Assembly: GCA_963829285.1 (NCBI GenBank)
Contig: CAWHHW010000005.1
Span: forward strand, 167,984 to 231,983
DNA length: 64,000 nt
Reading direction: 5' to 3'
Source of the DNA: an uncultured Thermoleophilia bacterium
GTDB taxonomy: Bacteria; Actinomycetota; Thermoleophilia; Gaiellales; Gaiellaceae
Position numbers and translations under genes: made by a program. Within the stretch, counting starts at the first letter, position 1; each line of letters opens with the position of its first letter. Positions 45,612 to 56,198 of the stretch are shown one piece after another. The notes beneath the pieces were generated by a model that was not told where the DNA came from, made no database searches, and was given only the letters and a program-made list of their open reading frames with translations.

Positions 45612-46280
45612 ATGAGACTCTGCATGTTCCACCCGAACGACAACCCGATGGAGCGCGGCTGGGTGGGACGAATCGACGGCGATCGGATCCTGCACCTCGC
45701 CACACAGACGATGTCGTCGTTCTTCTTCGGAGGCAGCAAAGCGCGCGAGCACGCCGAGTACGCTCTCGCCGACTGCACGCTGCTCCTGCCGGTGCCGCAC
45801 CCGCCGACGGTGCGTGTCTTCTCGGCCGATGGCACCTTCCGTTTCGGAAACGCCTCTGCCGTGATCGGTCCGAACGAACCGGTCGGCGGCAGATCTCTCA
45901 CCGCCTGCGCCAGGATCGCGGCCGTGGTCGGTGTGGAGGGCGCGATCGGTGGCTACTCGGCGCTCCTCGAATGGCAGGATCCGGCCGAGCCGCTTCCCGT
46001 CAAGCAGTCCGACTTCGGCCTCGTGCTCGGGCCCGTCGTCGTCACCCCTGATGAGCTCGACCCGGCGGCTGCGGTCTGCCGGCTCGGCGAGGGCCGCGAC
46101 GTGCTCCCACCACCGTTCGAATGGGCCGAGGCAGTCGCGCTCGCGGCTCGGAGGACGATCCTGCGCCCGGGCGCGGTCATCGCAGGCCCGCCGGTCGCTG
46201 TTCTCGAGGGAGTCGACGGAGGCGTGCGCTTCGAGGTCGACGGCATAGGCGTTCTCGACTGCCCGACCTCGAGCAGCTGA
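45612..46280 (+). CDS. Fumarylacetoacetate hydrolase-like protein (divergent)
   Basis: LGPVVVTPDEL, LRPGAVI, EVDGIGVL. Confidence 0.7.
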   Translation: MRLCMFHPNDNPMERGWVGRIDGDRILHLATQTMSSFFFGGSKAREHAEYALADCTLLLPVPHPPTVRVFSADGTFRFGNASAVIGPNEPVGGRSLTACARIAAVVGVEGAIGGYSALLEWQDPAEPLPVKQSDFGLVLGPVVVTPDELDPAAAVCRLGEGRDVLPPPFEWAEAVALAARRTILRPGAVIAGPPVAVLEGVDGGVRFEVDGIGVLDCPTSSS

Positions 46281-46879
46281 TGCGCGTTGTCGTCGACTGG
46301 GACGGGACGGTCACCGAGCGAGACACCCTCCACATGACGATCGAGCAGTTCGGCGACGTCGAGGTGTTCCGGCAGATGGAGGGACGGATCGGGCGGGACC
46401 TGAGCCTCAACGAGGTGATCGGCACCGAGATGGCGACGATCAAGGCGCCGCTCGAGGACGTCATCGCTTGGCTGCTCGACACGGTGGTCGTGCGCCCGGG
46501 GCTCGCTGAGCTCATCGAAGAGTTCGACCCGCTGATCGTCTCCGCGGGGTTCCGGGATCTGATCGAGCCGGTGCTTGCGCGCGAGGGTGTCGTCGCGGAG
46601 ATCGTCGCAAACCGGCTCCACGCGAGCCCCGACGGCTGGCGCGCCGTGTTCCTCGACCGGGACAGCTGTGAGGTGTGCGGCGAGCCGTGCAAGCGTGTTG
46701 CCCTCGCCGGCGGAGGGCCGTTCGTCTACGTCGGCGACGGCATCTCGGATCGCTGCGTGTCAGGCGTGGCAGATCGCCTCTTCGCCAGGGACGGGCTCGC
46801 CTCGTGGCTCGACGAGCAGGGCGCATCGTACGAGTCGTACGGCGACCTGCACGACGTCCGCCGAGCGCTCGGTCGCTGA
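46280..46879 (+). CDS. HAD-IB phosphatase (MtnX-like)
   Basis: VDWDGTVT, VSAG, CGEPCK, VGDGISD. Confidence 0.9.
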   Translation: MRVVVDWDGTVTERDTLHMTIEQFGDVEVFRQMEGRIGRDLSLNEVIGTEMATIKAPLEDVIAWLLDTVVVRPGLAELIEEFDPLIVSAGFRDLIEPVLAREGVVAEIVANRLHASPDGWRAVFLDRDSCEVCGEPCKRVALAGGGPFVYVGDGISDRCVSGVADRLFARDGLASWLDEQGASYESYGDLHDVRRALGR

Positions 46880-46883
46880 GCCC

Positions 46884-47711
46884 ATGGGCTTGCTCGCCCT
46901 CCCGCAGCCGTACGACTTTCATGCCTCGACGGAGCGCTTCCGCTCCTACGGTGCAGATCGCGCGAACCTCTGGCACGAGGGTGGGCTGCACCGTGTCGTC
47001 GCGGGCGGCGAGGTCAGGATCGAGTCGGCACCAGGTGGCGTGAAGGTCGAACCGTTCGGCGACGCAGTCGAGCAAGAGGTGGCCTGGCTGCTCGGAGCGC
47101 CCTTCGACCTCGCCGGCTTCTGGGCGTGGGCAGAGGCCGAGCCCGTGCTCGCCGCCTTGAGAAAGCCGCTTGCCGGCTACCGGCCTCCGCTCGTCCCGGA
47201 CCGCTGGGAGATGCTCGTCACGTCGATCACCGCGCAGCAGGTCTCGCTCCACTCCGCCTTCGCCATGCGGTCACGCCTGATCGAGCGCTTCGGAGTACGC
47301 GCGGACCATGCCTGGGCCTTCCCCACACGCGAGCGGATCGCCCAGGCGAGCGAGGGAGAGATCCGAGAGGTCGGCTTCTCGACGCGCAAAGCCGAGTACG
47401 TGATCGGCCTGGCGCGTGGCGACTTCGACCTGGCACCGCTCGACCGGCTCTCCGACTCACAGGTGATCGAGGCGATCACGGCGCGGCGGGGACTCGGCCG
47501 CTGGACGGCCGACTGGTTTCTCGGCCGCGCGCTCGGCAGGGCCGATGCCTGGCCGGCCGGCGACCTCGGGGTGCGCAAGGCTGTGTCGTTCTTCTACGGT
47601 TCAGGCAGAGACCTCGACGAGGCGGAGGTGCGTGAGGTGGGAGAGCGATTCGGATCGTGGCGCAACATCGCGTGCCACATGCTGCTTGCGGGCGCGAGGT
47701 CGCACGGATGA
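46884..47711 (+). CDS. alkA: DNA-3-methyladenine glycosylase II (AlkA/HhH-GPD)
   Basis: ITAQQVS, AFPT, RGLGRWTA, WPAGDLGVR. Confidence 0.88.
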   Translation: MGLLALPQPYDFHASTERFRSYGADRANLWHEGGLHRVVAGGEVRIESAPGGVKVEPFGDAVEQEVAWLLGAPFDLAGFWAWAEAEPVLAALRKPLAGYRPPLVPDRWEMLVTSITAQQVSLHSAFAMRSRLIERFGVRADHAWAFPTRERIAQASEGEIREVGFSTRKAEYVIGLARGDFDLAPLDRLSDSQVIEAITARRGLGRWTADWFLGRALGRADAWPAGDLGVRKAVSFFYGSGRDLDEAEVREVGERFGSWRNIACHMLLAGARSHG

Positions 47712-48724
47712 ACGTGCGCACCGCGACCCTCGACGATCTTGCGACGCTCGAGGAGCTCTGGCGGGCATTCGAGGCGGAGGTTCCGCCACCGGCGCACGAG
47801 GCCTCCGATCTCGCGACCGAGTTGGCCGAGGTCCGCGCGATCGTCGAATCGGGGCTCGGCTGGCTGGCCGAGAAGGACGGCGCCGCTGTCGGCATGGCGC
47901 TCGCCCGCCGACGCAGCCCCAGGGTCGGCCGCATCACCGATCTTTACGTGAAGCCGGAGGAGCGACGCTTCGGAGTGGCCGAGGCGCTCGTTCGCGCCGT
48001 TGCCGAGAGGTTCCTCGCGGAAGGCATCGACACGGTCGACCTGGAGGTGATGGCGTCCAACACCGCGGCCCGTGTTGTGTACTCACGTTGGGGCTTCCGC
48101 GACGAGGTGCTCGTCCTCGCCGCTCCCGTAGCGGCGCTGGCAGAGCGACTCGGTGACGTGATCGAGACGCCTTCGTACGGGGCGATTCACGTCCAGACAG
48201 ACGACGCCGACGCGGTTGTGAAGGCTGTGGAGATGCTGGTGCCGCGACTCCCGGGCCGGTCGGCGGGCTCGATCGTGACCGAGCCGCGCGGCGGCTACGT
48301 CACCGTCTACGACGATGTCTGTGACCGGGATCCCGCGATGCTGCGCCGGCTCGCCAGGGAGCTCTCCTCGCGGACCGGGCTCGTGGTCGCCACGATCGGC
48401 GTCGAGGAGGAGGCGGTGCTGCGGATGATCCTCTTCGACCGCGGCCAGATCGTCGACGAGTACGCGTCCGTGCCGGAGTTCCACGGCGCACTCCCCCCGG
48501 GCGAGGTTGTCGCGCTGCACGCGAATCCGGTCGTGATCGAGCGCTACACCGGCGCCTCGCAGGCGACCGTCCGCGCGGTCACTCCGGTCGCGGGTGTTCC
48601 CTCCGACCTGCCGCCTGCCGGTGAGCTGGCGGTCGGGCTGGGTGCAGCCCTCGGCCTGTCCGGCGTCGAGCACGGCTGGGAGGACGCTCCCGCCGACACG
48701 GCCGCGATCAGGATCGACCGTTGA
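47708..48724 (+). CDS. GNAT acetyltransferase fused to unknown C-terminal domain
   Basis: LYVKPEERRFGVA, NTAARVVYSRWGF, ~190 extra aa. Confidence 0.85.
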   Translation: MNVRTATLDDLATLEELWRAFEAEVPPPAHEASDLATELAEVRAIVESGLGWLAEKDGAAVGMALARRRSPRVGRITDLYVKPEERRFGVAEALVRAVAERFLAEGIDTVDLEVMASNTAARVVYSRWGFRDEVLVLAAPVAALAERLGDVIETPSYGAIHVQTDDADAVVKAVEMLVPRLPGRSAGSIVTEPRGGYVTVYDDVCDRDPAMLRRLARELSSRTGLVVATIGVEEEAVLRMILFDRGQIVDEYASVPEFHGALPPGEVVALHANPVVIERYTGASQATVRAVTPVAGVPSDLPPAGELAVGLGAALGLSGVEHGWEDAPADTAAIRIDR

Positions 48725-49299
48725 CGCTCACCCTGATCGACGCCCCGCGCTGCCCGTACTGCGCGCGCGTCCGGATCGTGCTCGCCGAGAAGGGGCTCGA
48801 GCACGATGTGGTCGTGATCGACCTCGCCGACCGTCCGGCCTGGGTCTACGCGCTGAACGCTTCGGGCAAGGTGCCGGTGATCCGGGAAGGCGACTGGGTC
48901 TTGCCGGAATCGGCTGTGATCAACGAGTACCTCGAGGAGCGGCATCCGGAGCCGCCGCTCTTGCCGGACGATCCCGAGGCGCGCGCGGCTGCCCGGCTGC
49001 TGATCTTCAGGCACGACGATTTCACGCGGCCCTACTACGCGCTCAAGCGTGGGCGGGAGGGAGCAGAGCTCGACTTCGCGGAGGAGATCGCGACGCTCGA
49101 CGCGACGCTCGCACGGGCTCCGTACCTGACCGGCGCCACATTCGGCCTCGCCGATGTCGCCTACATCCCCTGGCTGATTCGGGCTCGCGATCAGCTCGGG
49201 GTCTCCTTCGAGCCGTTCCCGTCTGTCGATGCGTGGCTTGCTCGAGTGGCCGAACGGCCGTCGATCGCAGCCGAGACCGCGCTGGTGGGGGCGCTGTGA
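48721..49299 (+). CDS. Glutathione S-transferase family protein
   Basis: CPYCARVRIVLAEKG, GKVPV, ESAVINEYLEE. Confidence 0.94.
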   Translation: MTLTLIDAPRCPYCARVRIVLAEKGLEHDVVVIDLADRPAWVYALNASGKVPVIREGDWVLPESAVINEYLEERHPEPPLLPDDPEARAAARLLIFRHDDFTRPYYALKRGREGAELDFAEEIATLDATLARAPYLTGATFGLADVAYIPWLIRARDQLGVSFEPFPSVDAWLARVAERPSIAAETALVGAL

Positions 49300-49661
49300 G
49301 CGACGTCACGGGTGAGGAGCTCGCACGGCGCTTCGGCGAGGACGGCCTCGTCGTGCTCGACGTGCGCTCGGCAGCCGAGTTCAGGGGCGAGGCCGGCTAC
49401 CCCTGCGATCTCCGTCAGGGTCATGTCCCGGGCGCGCGCAACCTCGATCTCCGCGAGATCCTCGCCGCCGGCGACGCGGCTGCGGTTCGCGAGCTGGTCG
49501 GCGCTCCCGAGGGCTCCGAGGTGATCGCGTACTGCCACTCGGGCAGCCGCTCCGCGATGGCCACGGAGGCGCTGCGCAGGGCGGGCTACGAGGCGCGCAA
49601 CTACGTCGGCTCGTGGCACGAGTGGGCCGCCGACGAGTCGCTGCCGGTCGGTTCCGTGTAG
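49296..49661 (+). CDS. Rhodanese/sulfurtransferase
   Basis: LDVRS..EF, GHVPGA, YCHSGSRS, YVGSWHEW. Confidence 0.93.
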   Translation: MSDVTGEELARRFGEDGLVVLDVRSAAEFRGEAGYPCDLRQGHVPGARNLDLREILAAGDAAAVRELVGAPEGSEVIAYCHSGSRSAMATEALRRAGYEARNYVGSWHEWAADESLPVGSV

Positions 49662-49684
49662 ATCGATCGCGCGCGAGGCACACC

Positions 49685-49754
49685 AGGGCGACGCATACGC
49701 ATCGCCCCTACACCGACAACTCGTCCCGTAGGGGCGAGGCGCATGCCTCGCCCT
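49685..49754. repeat. Inverted pair of GTAG-type REP-like palindromes
   Basis: Minus 49685-49711 GTAGGGGCGATGCGTATGCGTCGCCCT; plus 49728-49754 GTAGGGGCGAGGCGCATGCCTCGCCCT. Confidence 0.8.
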
Positions 49755-49756
49755 CG

Positions 49757-50448
49757 TCAGCCGCGCGCCAGATCGAGGAATGCGCCGCAGAGCCGTCGGC
49801 CGTGGGCGTTCCAGCCGTCGAGGAGCGCCTCTGTGTCGGCCCGCACCTTGACCGGATCCGGCAGCTCGGCCGGCCCTTCCGCGAACCACTGCTCCAGCAT
49901 TGGTCGGGTCACCTCCGCGTGGAACTGGATTCCCCAGGCGCACTCGCCGAGCCGGTAGGCCTGGCGCGCCGCATCGTTCTCTGCCAGCAGCTCGGCACCG
50001 GCCGGGAGCTCGAAGGTGTAGTAGTGCCACTGGAACCCGTCGAAGCGGTCGGGCAACACGCCGACCACGGGATCGTTCCGGCCCGCCTCGTTCAGGCCGA
50101 CGCTCGTCCAGCCGACCTCTGCCTGCCGGGCCGGGCCGACATTCGCGCCGGCGGCGCGGGCGATCAGCTGCGCGCCGAGGCAGACACCGAGCAGCGGCAC
50201 CTCGCGCTCGAGCGCGCCTCGGACGAACGCGGCCTCATCGGCGAGCCACGGGTGCTCGCGATCCTGGTCGGGATGCATCGCACCACCGAAGACCATGATC
50301 GCGTCGTAGCGCTCCGGCGAATCCGGGGCGTTCGCGTCCTCGACCGTGACCCACCGCTCGAGCCGATCGCCGCGCTCCTCGACGAGATCCTCGAACAGCC
50401 CGCCGCCGCCGGTGGAGGTGCCTCGTGGACGACCGACAGAACGCGCAC
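49757..50448 (-). pseudogene. Type 1 glutamine amidotransferase, frameshifted near 5' end
   Basis: MRVLSVVH start in different frame from LGVCLGAQL / GIQFHAE. Confidence 0.8.
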
Positions 50449-50464
50449 GGCGTGCCTCGGCAGC

Positions 50465-51332
50465 CTAGAACAGCGTCATCTCGGCGGGCGGCAGGTCTAT
50501 CCCGCCGGTCGCGGCCACGCCTGCCTCGTCGAGCAGCCCGCGGAAGATGACGGCGCTTCGCGGAGCGAAGTCGTCTCGGTTGTTGTTGAAGAGGGCGTAG
50601 ACCTCGTCGGCCTGCTCCGCGAGGCGCTGCGATCGGCCCGACCCACTCGGCGAGCTCCGCGGCGGAGTACATCCAGTCGAACCGGTCGGCGGCGGTGCCT
50701 CCACGGATGTTCCACGTCTGAGCAGTTGCGACCGTGGAAGCGGATCGACCGAGACGGGTGGGTCGCGGCGGCGACACGGGAGCGACGTTCGTGGCGCGTG
50801 TCAGCGGCGCGTCGACCGAGACGTAGGCGAGCCCGTGCTCCTCGAGGAAGCCGAGCGTGTCGGAGCGCTCGTCGGGATCCATCCACGAGCGGTGGCGGAA
50901 CTCGATCAGCGGCACGAGCGGCTCGAGCCGGTCGCGGGCACCCGCGCGAGCTCCTGCTTCGCCGCCGCCGACTTGACGAAGCGCGGGTGGTACTGGAGCA
51001 GGACGCCGCGCAGCTTGCCCGAGAGCTCGAGCGGCTCGACCGGCCCCGCGGAAGGCCGCGAACGCAGCGTCGGTCGGCTCGCCCTCGTGAAACGTCATCG
51101 CAGCGCCGGCCTTGACGTGGAAGGTGAAGTGGTCAGGCGTACGCTCGGCCCAGCGGCGCGTCACGTCGGGATCGGGCAGCGCGTAGAACGGCGAGTCGAC
51201 CTCGACGACGTCGAACCGCTCCGCGTAGAAGCGCAGCCGGGCCTCGGCGAGCGAGACCCCACGCGGGTACCACGCCTTCAGCAGCCCCTCGTCGGCCCAG
51301 CTGCAGGTCCCGAGTCGCACGGTGGCGGTCAT
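50465..51332 (-). pseudogene. DUF72 domain protein, multiple frameshifts
   Basis: GTCSW, VEVDSPFY, IEFRHRSW, FHGRN, FDWMYS, LFNNN split across frames. Confidence 0.85.
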
Positions 51333-51403
51333 GCGCAGCAACATAGAGACTTCACGTCAAACGGAGGCCGTTCGCGGAAGCCCGCGATGAGTTCTCCGCG
51401 CTT

Positions 51404-51420
51404 CCTTAGCGACTTCTTAG
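51404..51420 (+). promoter_or_regulatory. Tandem hexamer CCTTAG-N5-TCTTAG, OmpR/MprA-box-like
   Basis: 11-bp periodic direct repeat upstream of operon ending in an MprAB-like system. Confidence 0.45.
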
Positions 51421-51464
51421 TTGCCGCCTAATGCGCGTTCAGCTTGCGCTGCTTCGATCGGCCC

Positions 51465-52133
51465 ATGACTTCGACGCTACGTAGGTTCCGTCTCTCTCTC
51501 GCGATCGCCGCGGGTGTCCTTTGTGTGCTTGCCCTCGTTGCGGCCGGCTGCGGCGGCAGTTCGCCCTCGAGCGCGTCGTCTGCGATCGATACGACCGCCG
51601 CCGCGTCCTCGAACGGCTCAAGCAAGTCCTTCACCGAATGCCTGAAGGAGAACGGCATCGAGGGCTTCGATCCTGGGAGCAATCCCCAGGGCGGGCCGCC
51701 GCCGAATTTCGACCGCGCCGCGCTGCAGAAGGCGATGCAGGCGTGCGGAAGCGTCAGGCCGCAGGGTCAGGGTTTCGGCGGCCCGGGCCAGAACGGCCAG
51801 TCGAGTGCCCGATTCGCAGAGCTTCGGTCGTGCCTAAAGAAGCACGGCATCAATAACTTCCAGCCCGGTGCCACACAGAGCAACGCCGATCGGCAAAAGC
51901 TTCAGAACGCGCTGCAGGCATGCGGTGCCTCGAGACCAGGCGGAGCGCTTCCGGGAGCCGGCAACAACGGCCCGGCGGGCACGGGGTCGTTCGCGGCGTT
52001 CGCGCGGTGTATGAGGAACCGGGGTGTTGTTCTACCCGGCTCCGGGTCGGGAACGCCGACCGACACGGCATCCGCGAAGTACAAGCTGGCGCAGAAGGCA
52101 TGCCAGTCGCTTCTCAACGGGAACACCCGGTGA
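51465..52133 (+). CDS. Lipoprotein with three Cys-paired helical repeats
   Basis: Lipobox VAAGC; repeats F..C(L/M)...G(I/V) ... (Q/K)AC. Confidence 0.8.
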   Translation: MTSTLRRFRLSLAIAAGVLCVLALVAAGCGGSSPSSASSAIDTTAAASSNGSSKSFTECLKENGIEGFDPGSNPQGGPPPNFDRAALQKAMQACGSVRPQGQGFGGPGQNGQSSARFAELRSCLKKHGINNFQPGATQSNADRQKLQNALQACGASRPGGALPGAGNNGPAGTGSFAAFARCMRNRGVVLPGSGSGTPTDTASAKYKLAQKACQSLLNGNTR

Positions 52134-54178
52134 GTGGCGCCGAGAATCGGGGACGGCTTTGGTTCAACTTGCTGCTCGTCGTCGCAGTCGCGGCCGGGGC
52201 CGTTGGCGCGTACGTCGTGCTCGGATCGGACACGTCCAGCGCCTCGAAGGCGTCTCGTACGACCAGCGCGAGCAAGGGCGTCGTGCTCTCGACGGTGTCG
52301 GCCTCGGGGAACGTAAAGGCTTCCGAGCAGCTGAACGTCAACTTCCAGAACAGCGGCGTGCTCACATCCATCACGGTGCAGGCCGGACAGAAAGTGACGC
52401 TCGGTCAGACCCTGGCGACGCAAGACTCGGCGAACGCCGAGAGCCAGGTGAAGACGGCGAAGGCGAACCTCGCCTCGGCGCAGGCCAGGCTCGCACAGCT
52501 CGAGGCAGGTCTGACACCACAGGAACAGCAACAGAACCAGATTGCAGTCCAGCAGGCGTCGCAGCAGGTCGCCTCCGCGAAGAACGGCCTCGCGTCGACC
52601 AACTCCGTCACCAAACAGGACACTGGCGGAGCGACTCTTACGCTTCAACAGGCCAAACAGCAGCAGAAGGCCGATGCGGCGCAGCTTGCCGCCGACCAGA
52701 AGAAGCTCTCCACTGCGAACGCCTCGGTCGCAAGCGCCCAGAAAGCGTATGACGCTGCCGCTGCCGCAACAGCAAGCAACAAGACCGCGCTCGCGGCCGT
52801 ACAGGCTACCCAGCAAGCAGCACAGCTGAAGCAGACCAACGACAACGGCGCCGCCCAGCTTCACCAGCAACAGCAGTCGCAGAACCAGACCGCGCTCTCG
52901 AACGCGAACAGCGCTTTGCAGACGGCGAAGCAGAACGAGTCGAGCGCCTGCACACCCGACCCGACGAGTACCGCGTGCGCAGACGCGAGGTCGGCGACGA
53001 TCTCCGCGCAGTCCGCCGCCGACACCGCGCAGACCAACGTCGGCGCCGGTCAGGCTCAGGCAATCGCCGACCAGCAGACCGCGAACGACAACGCCAAGGC
53101 GGTCGCCGCAGCGAACATCGCAGTCTCCAACGCCCAGAGCGCCTACACCGACAGCTCGAGTGCCGAGCAGACCGCCGAGTCGACGCTGCAAACCGCACAG
53201 AACACTCAGGACTCGCTCGAGACGGCGGTCACGAACGACAAGACCAAAGTGGCGTCGGACTCGAAGCAGGTCGCGAGCGCACAGCAGAGTCTCGCCTCGA
53301 CGAGCTCGCGCAATGCGCAATCCAAGGCGAACGCCGAGCAGTCTCTCACGACAGCGCGGCTCAACAAGCAGTCAACCGTCGCAGCGAACGCAGTCAAGGG
53401 CAAGCCGGCTTCCCAGAGCGACATCGCGGCCGCCGAGGCGAACGTCGCGACCGCCGAGGCAGCGCTCGCGACTGCCGAGCTCTCGCTCGAGCAGACGACG
53501 CTGCAGGCACCCGCCAACGGGACGATCGCCTCAATCGGTGCCTCGGTGGGCGAGACCGTCAGCGGCGGCGGAACAACGGCGTCCAGCTCCTCCAACTCCT
53601 CCAGCTCCTCCTCGACTGGAGCAGCTGCGACGCCGCTGTTCACGCTCGTCGACCTCTCCCAGCTCGAGGTCGTGGCCGGCTTCAGCGAGATCGACGCCGC
53701 CAAGATCCGGGCTGGACAGACGGCGACCGTGACAGTGGACGCACTTCCGAACGAGAAGTTCGCCGCACACGTCCTCTCGGTCGACACCCTCTCGACCGTC
53801 ACCAGCAACGTGGTCACCTACAACGTGACCTTCGTGTTGGACAATCCGTCATCGAAGGTGAAGCCCGGCATGAGCGCGGACGTCGACGTGATCATCGCCC
53901 AGGCCGACAACGTTCTCAACCTGACGAGCTCGGCAGTACGGACAACGGGCGGACGTTCGACAGTGACGGTAAGGCGAAACGGTGAGGACGTCACGGTCTC
54001 CGTTGTCACGGGCCTCAAAGGCGACAGCACTACCGAGATCGTCAGCGGCCTCACCGCGAGCGATGTAATAGTGCTCCCGGTCACGTCGGTCGGATCGGGA
54101 TCAACCTCACAAACCGGCTTCCCGGCAGGTGGGCCTGGTGGTTTCGGCGGCGGCTTCGGCGGCGGCTTCGGGCGATGA
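52130..54178 (+). CDS. Efflux periplasmic adaptor (MacA/HlyD-like) with very long coiled coil
   Basis: TVSASGNV, GQKVTLGQ, TLQAPANGTI, GQTATVTVDALP, KPGMSA. Confidence 0.9.
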   Translation: MSGAENRGRLWFNLLLVVAVAAGAVGAYVVLGSDTSSASKASRTTSASKGVVLSTVSASGNVKASEQLNVNFQNSGVLTSITVQAGQKVTLGQTLATQDSANAESQVKTAKANLASAQARLAQLEAGLTPQEQQQNQIAVQQASQQVASAKNGLASTNSVTKQDTGGATLTLQQAKQQQKADAAQLAADQKKLSTANASVASAQKAYDAAAAATASNKTALAAVQATQQAAQLKQTNDNGAAQLHQQQQSQNQTALSNANSALQTAKQNESSACTPDPTSTACADARSATISAQSAADTAQTNVGAGQAQAIADQQTANDNAKAVAAANIAVSNAQSAYTDSSSAEQTAESTLQTAQNTQDSLETAVTNDKTKVASDSKQVASAQQSLASTSSRNAQSKANAEQSLTTARLNKQSTVAANAVKGKPASQSDIAAAEANVATAEAALATAELSLEQTTLQAPANGTIASIGASVGETVSGGGTTASSSSNSSSSSSTGAAATPLFTLVDLSQLEVVAGFSEIDAAKIRAGQTATVTVDALPNEKFAAHVLSVDTLSTVTSNVVTYNVTFVLDNPSSKVKPGMSADVDVIIAQADNVLNLTSSAVRTTGGRSTVTVRRNGEDVTVSVVTGLKGDSTTEIVSGLTASDVIVLPVTSVGSGSTSQTGFPAGGPGGFGGGFGGGFGR

Positions 54179-54873
54179 GCGGCTCGAGGCCGATCATCGC
54201 TGCCCAGCGAATGACGAAGAGCTATTCGCTGGGGCCGACGGCCGTGCACGCGCTGCGCGGGGTGACCTTCACGATCGAACGCGGTGACTTCGTCGCCATC
54301 GTCGGTGCATCCGGCAGCGGCAAGACCACCCTGATGAACATCATCGGTTGCCTCGACGTGCCGACCCGTGGGCGCTACCTGCTCGACGGGATCGACGTCC
54401 GCGGCCTCGACGACTACCAGCTCGCGATCGTGCGCAACCGCAAGATCGGGTTCATCTTCCAAAGCTTCAACCTGATCCCGCGCACAAGTGCCCTCCAAAA
54501 CGTGGAGCTGCCGCTCGTCTACGCCCGCCTTCCCGCGAAGGAGAGGCGACTTCGGTCGCTGGAGGCGCTCAAGCTAGTCGGTCTCTCCAATCGCGCCTCG
54601 CACTACCCGTCCGAGCTGTCGGGCGGCCAGCAGCAGCGCGTCGCGGTCGCCCGCGCGCTCGTGACCGACCCGGCGATCATCCTCGCTGACGAGCCGACCG
54701 GAAACCTCGACACTCAGTCCTCGGCAGAGATCCTGCAGGTTCTCTGCCGACTCAACGTCGCCGGCCGCACCGTGGTCATGATCACACACGAGCGCGACGT
54801 GGCATCGGCCGCGAAGAGGACGATCACACTGCGTGACGGCCAGATCCTCGACGATCAGCGTTCGGCCCGGTGA
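54175..54873 (+). CDS. ABC ATPase (MacB/LolD family)
   Basis: [29 protein letters not shown]. Confidence 0.96.
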   Translation: MSGSRPIIAAQRMTKSYSLGPTAVHALRGVTFTIERGDFVAIVGASGSGKTTLMNIIGCLDVPTRGRYLLDGIDVRGLDDYQLAIVRNRKIGFIFQSFNLIPRTSALQNVELPLVYARLPAKERRLRSLEALKLVGLSNRASHYPSELSGGQQQRVAVARALVTDPAIILADEPTGNLDTQSSAEILQVLCRLNVAGRTVVMITHERDVASAAKRTITLRDGQILDDQRSAR

Positions 54874-56178
54874 TCGGACTACCGCCGGGCTTCATTCCCG
54901 CCGACCTGACTCAGCAGGGCGGCGACCGCGTGATCAGGCGCGAAGGAATCATGATCGCACTTCGCGGCATCGCCGCGAATCGGATGCGGTCCGCTCTCAC
55001 CGTGCTCGGAATCACGATCGGCGTCGCGGCCGTGATCGTGCTCGTCGCCGTCGGCCGCGGCTCCGCCGTCGACGTGCAGAACCGCATCGCGAGCCTCGGC
55101 ACGAACGTCCTCACCGTCATGCCGGGCGGCGGGTTCGGCTTCAGGCAGGGCGGCGCGACTCGCACCGGCACCTCGAGCACCTTCCAGGAGCTCACAGACA
55201 AGGACGTCAAGGCGCTCCAGGACAAGACGCTCGCGCCGAGCATCAAATCCGTCTCGCCGATCGTCAATGCCCAGGTCACCGCCACCTACGACGGCGCCAC
55301 CCACGACATCGGCCAGTTCTTCGGATCCACCCCGTCGGTCGCGGAGGCGCGAAACTACGAAGTCGCAAGCGGCCGGTTCTTCACCGACGACGAGGTGAAC
55401 GCTCACGACCGCGTCATCGTCATCGGACAGACCGTCGCGACGAACCTCTTCGGCACCCAGGATCCGCTCGACCAGACGGTCAAGCTCAACGGCGCAAGCT
55501 ACCGCGTCATCGGCGTGCTCGAGTCGAAGGGAACGAACGGCATTCAAGATCAAGACGACGTCGCCATCGCCCCCATCACCGCCGTCCGCGACACCGCCGC
55601 CGGCGGCAGCTCGATCTCTCAGATCGTCGTCCAGGCAACAGGTTCGAGCGTCGTCGACTCGGCGCAGAGCGAAGTCGAAACGATACTCGCGAGCACTCAC
55701 GCGAGTTCGAGCTAGCTCGAGCAGCGACTCGGCGTCGAGCAGCTTCCGCATCCTCAACCAGGCGTCGCTCCTCCAGACGACGAACGACACCAACCACACG
55801 TTCACCGTCCTCCTCGGGGCGGTCGCCGCGATCTCGCTGCTCGTCGGCGGGATCGGCGTCATGAACATCATGCTCGTTTCAGTCACGGAGCGGACCCGCG
55901 AGATCGGGATCCGCAAGGCAATCGGAGCGCAGCGCTCCGACATCGTCGGCCAGTTCATGGCCGAAGCCGTCCTGCTCTCCATGCTCGGAGGCCTCGCCGG
56001 CGTGCTTGCGGGAATCCTCGTCAGCCGCCTGAAGATCGTCGGAGTCCAACCCGTCGTGCAGCCCTACTCCGTCCTCCTCGCCTTCGGCGTCGCCGTTGCC
56101 GTCGGCCTTTTCTTCGGAATCTACCCCGCAAACCGCGCCGCGTCGCTGCGGCCGATCGAAGCCCTTCGATACGAGTGA
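54870..56178 (+). pseudogene. MacB/FtsX-family ABC permease, frameshift near 55710
   Basis: RSALTVLGITIGVAAV; FtsX part GGIGVMNIMLVSVTERTREIGIRKA in another frame. Confidence 0.88.
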
Positions 56179-56198
56179 CGACGCCCGAGGAGACAACC

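Noticed and set aside
29716-51355. 12-bp match TAGAGACTTCAC at 29716 and 51344
   Set aside because: Matches of this length are expected by chance in 64 kb, and there is no extension.
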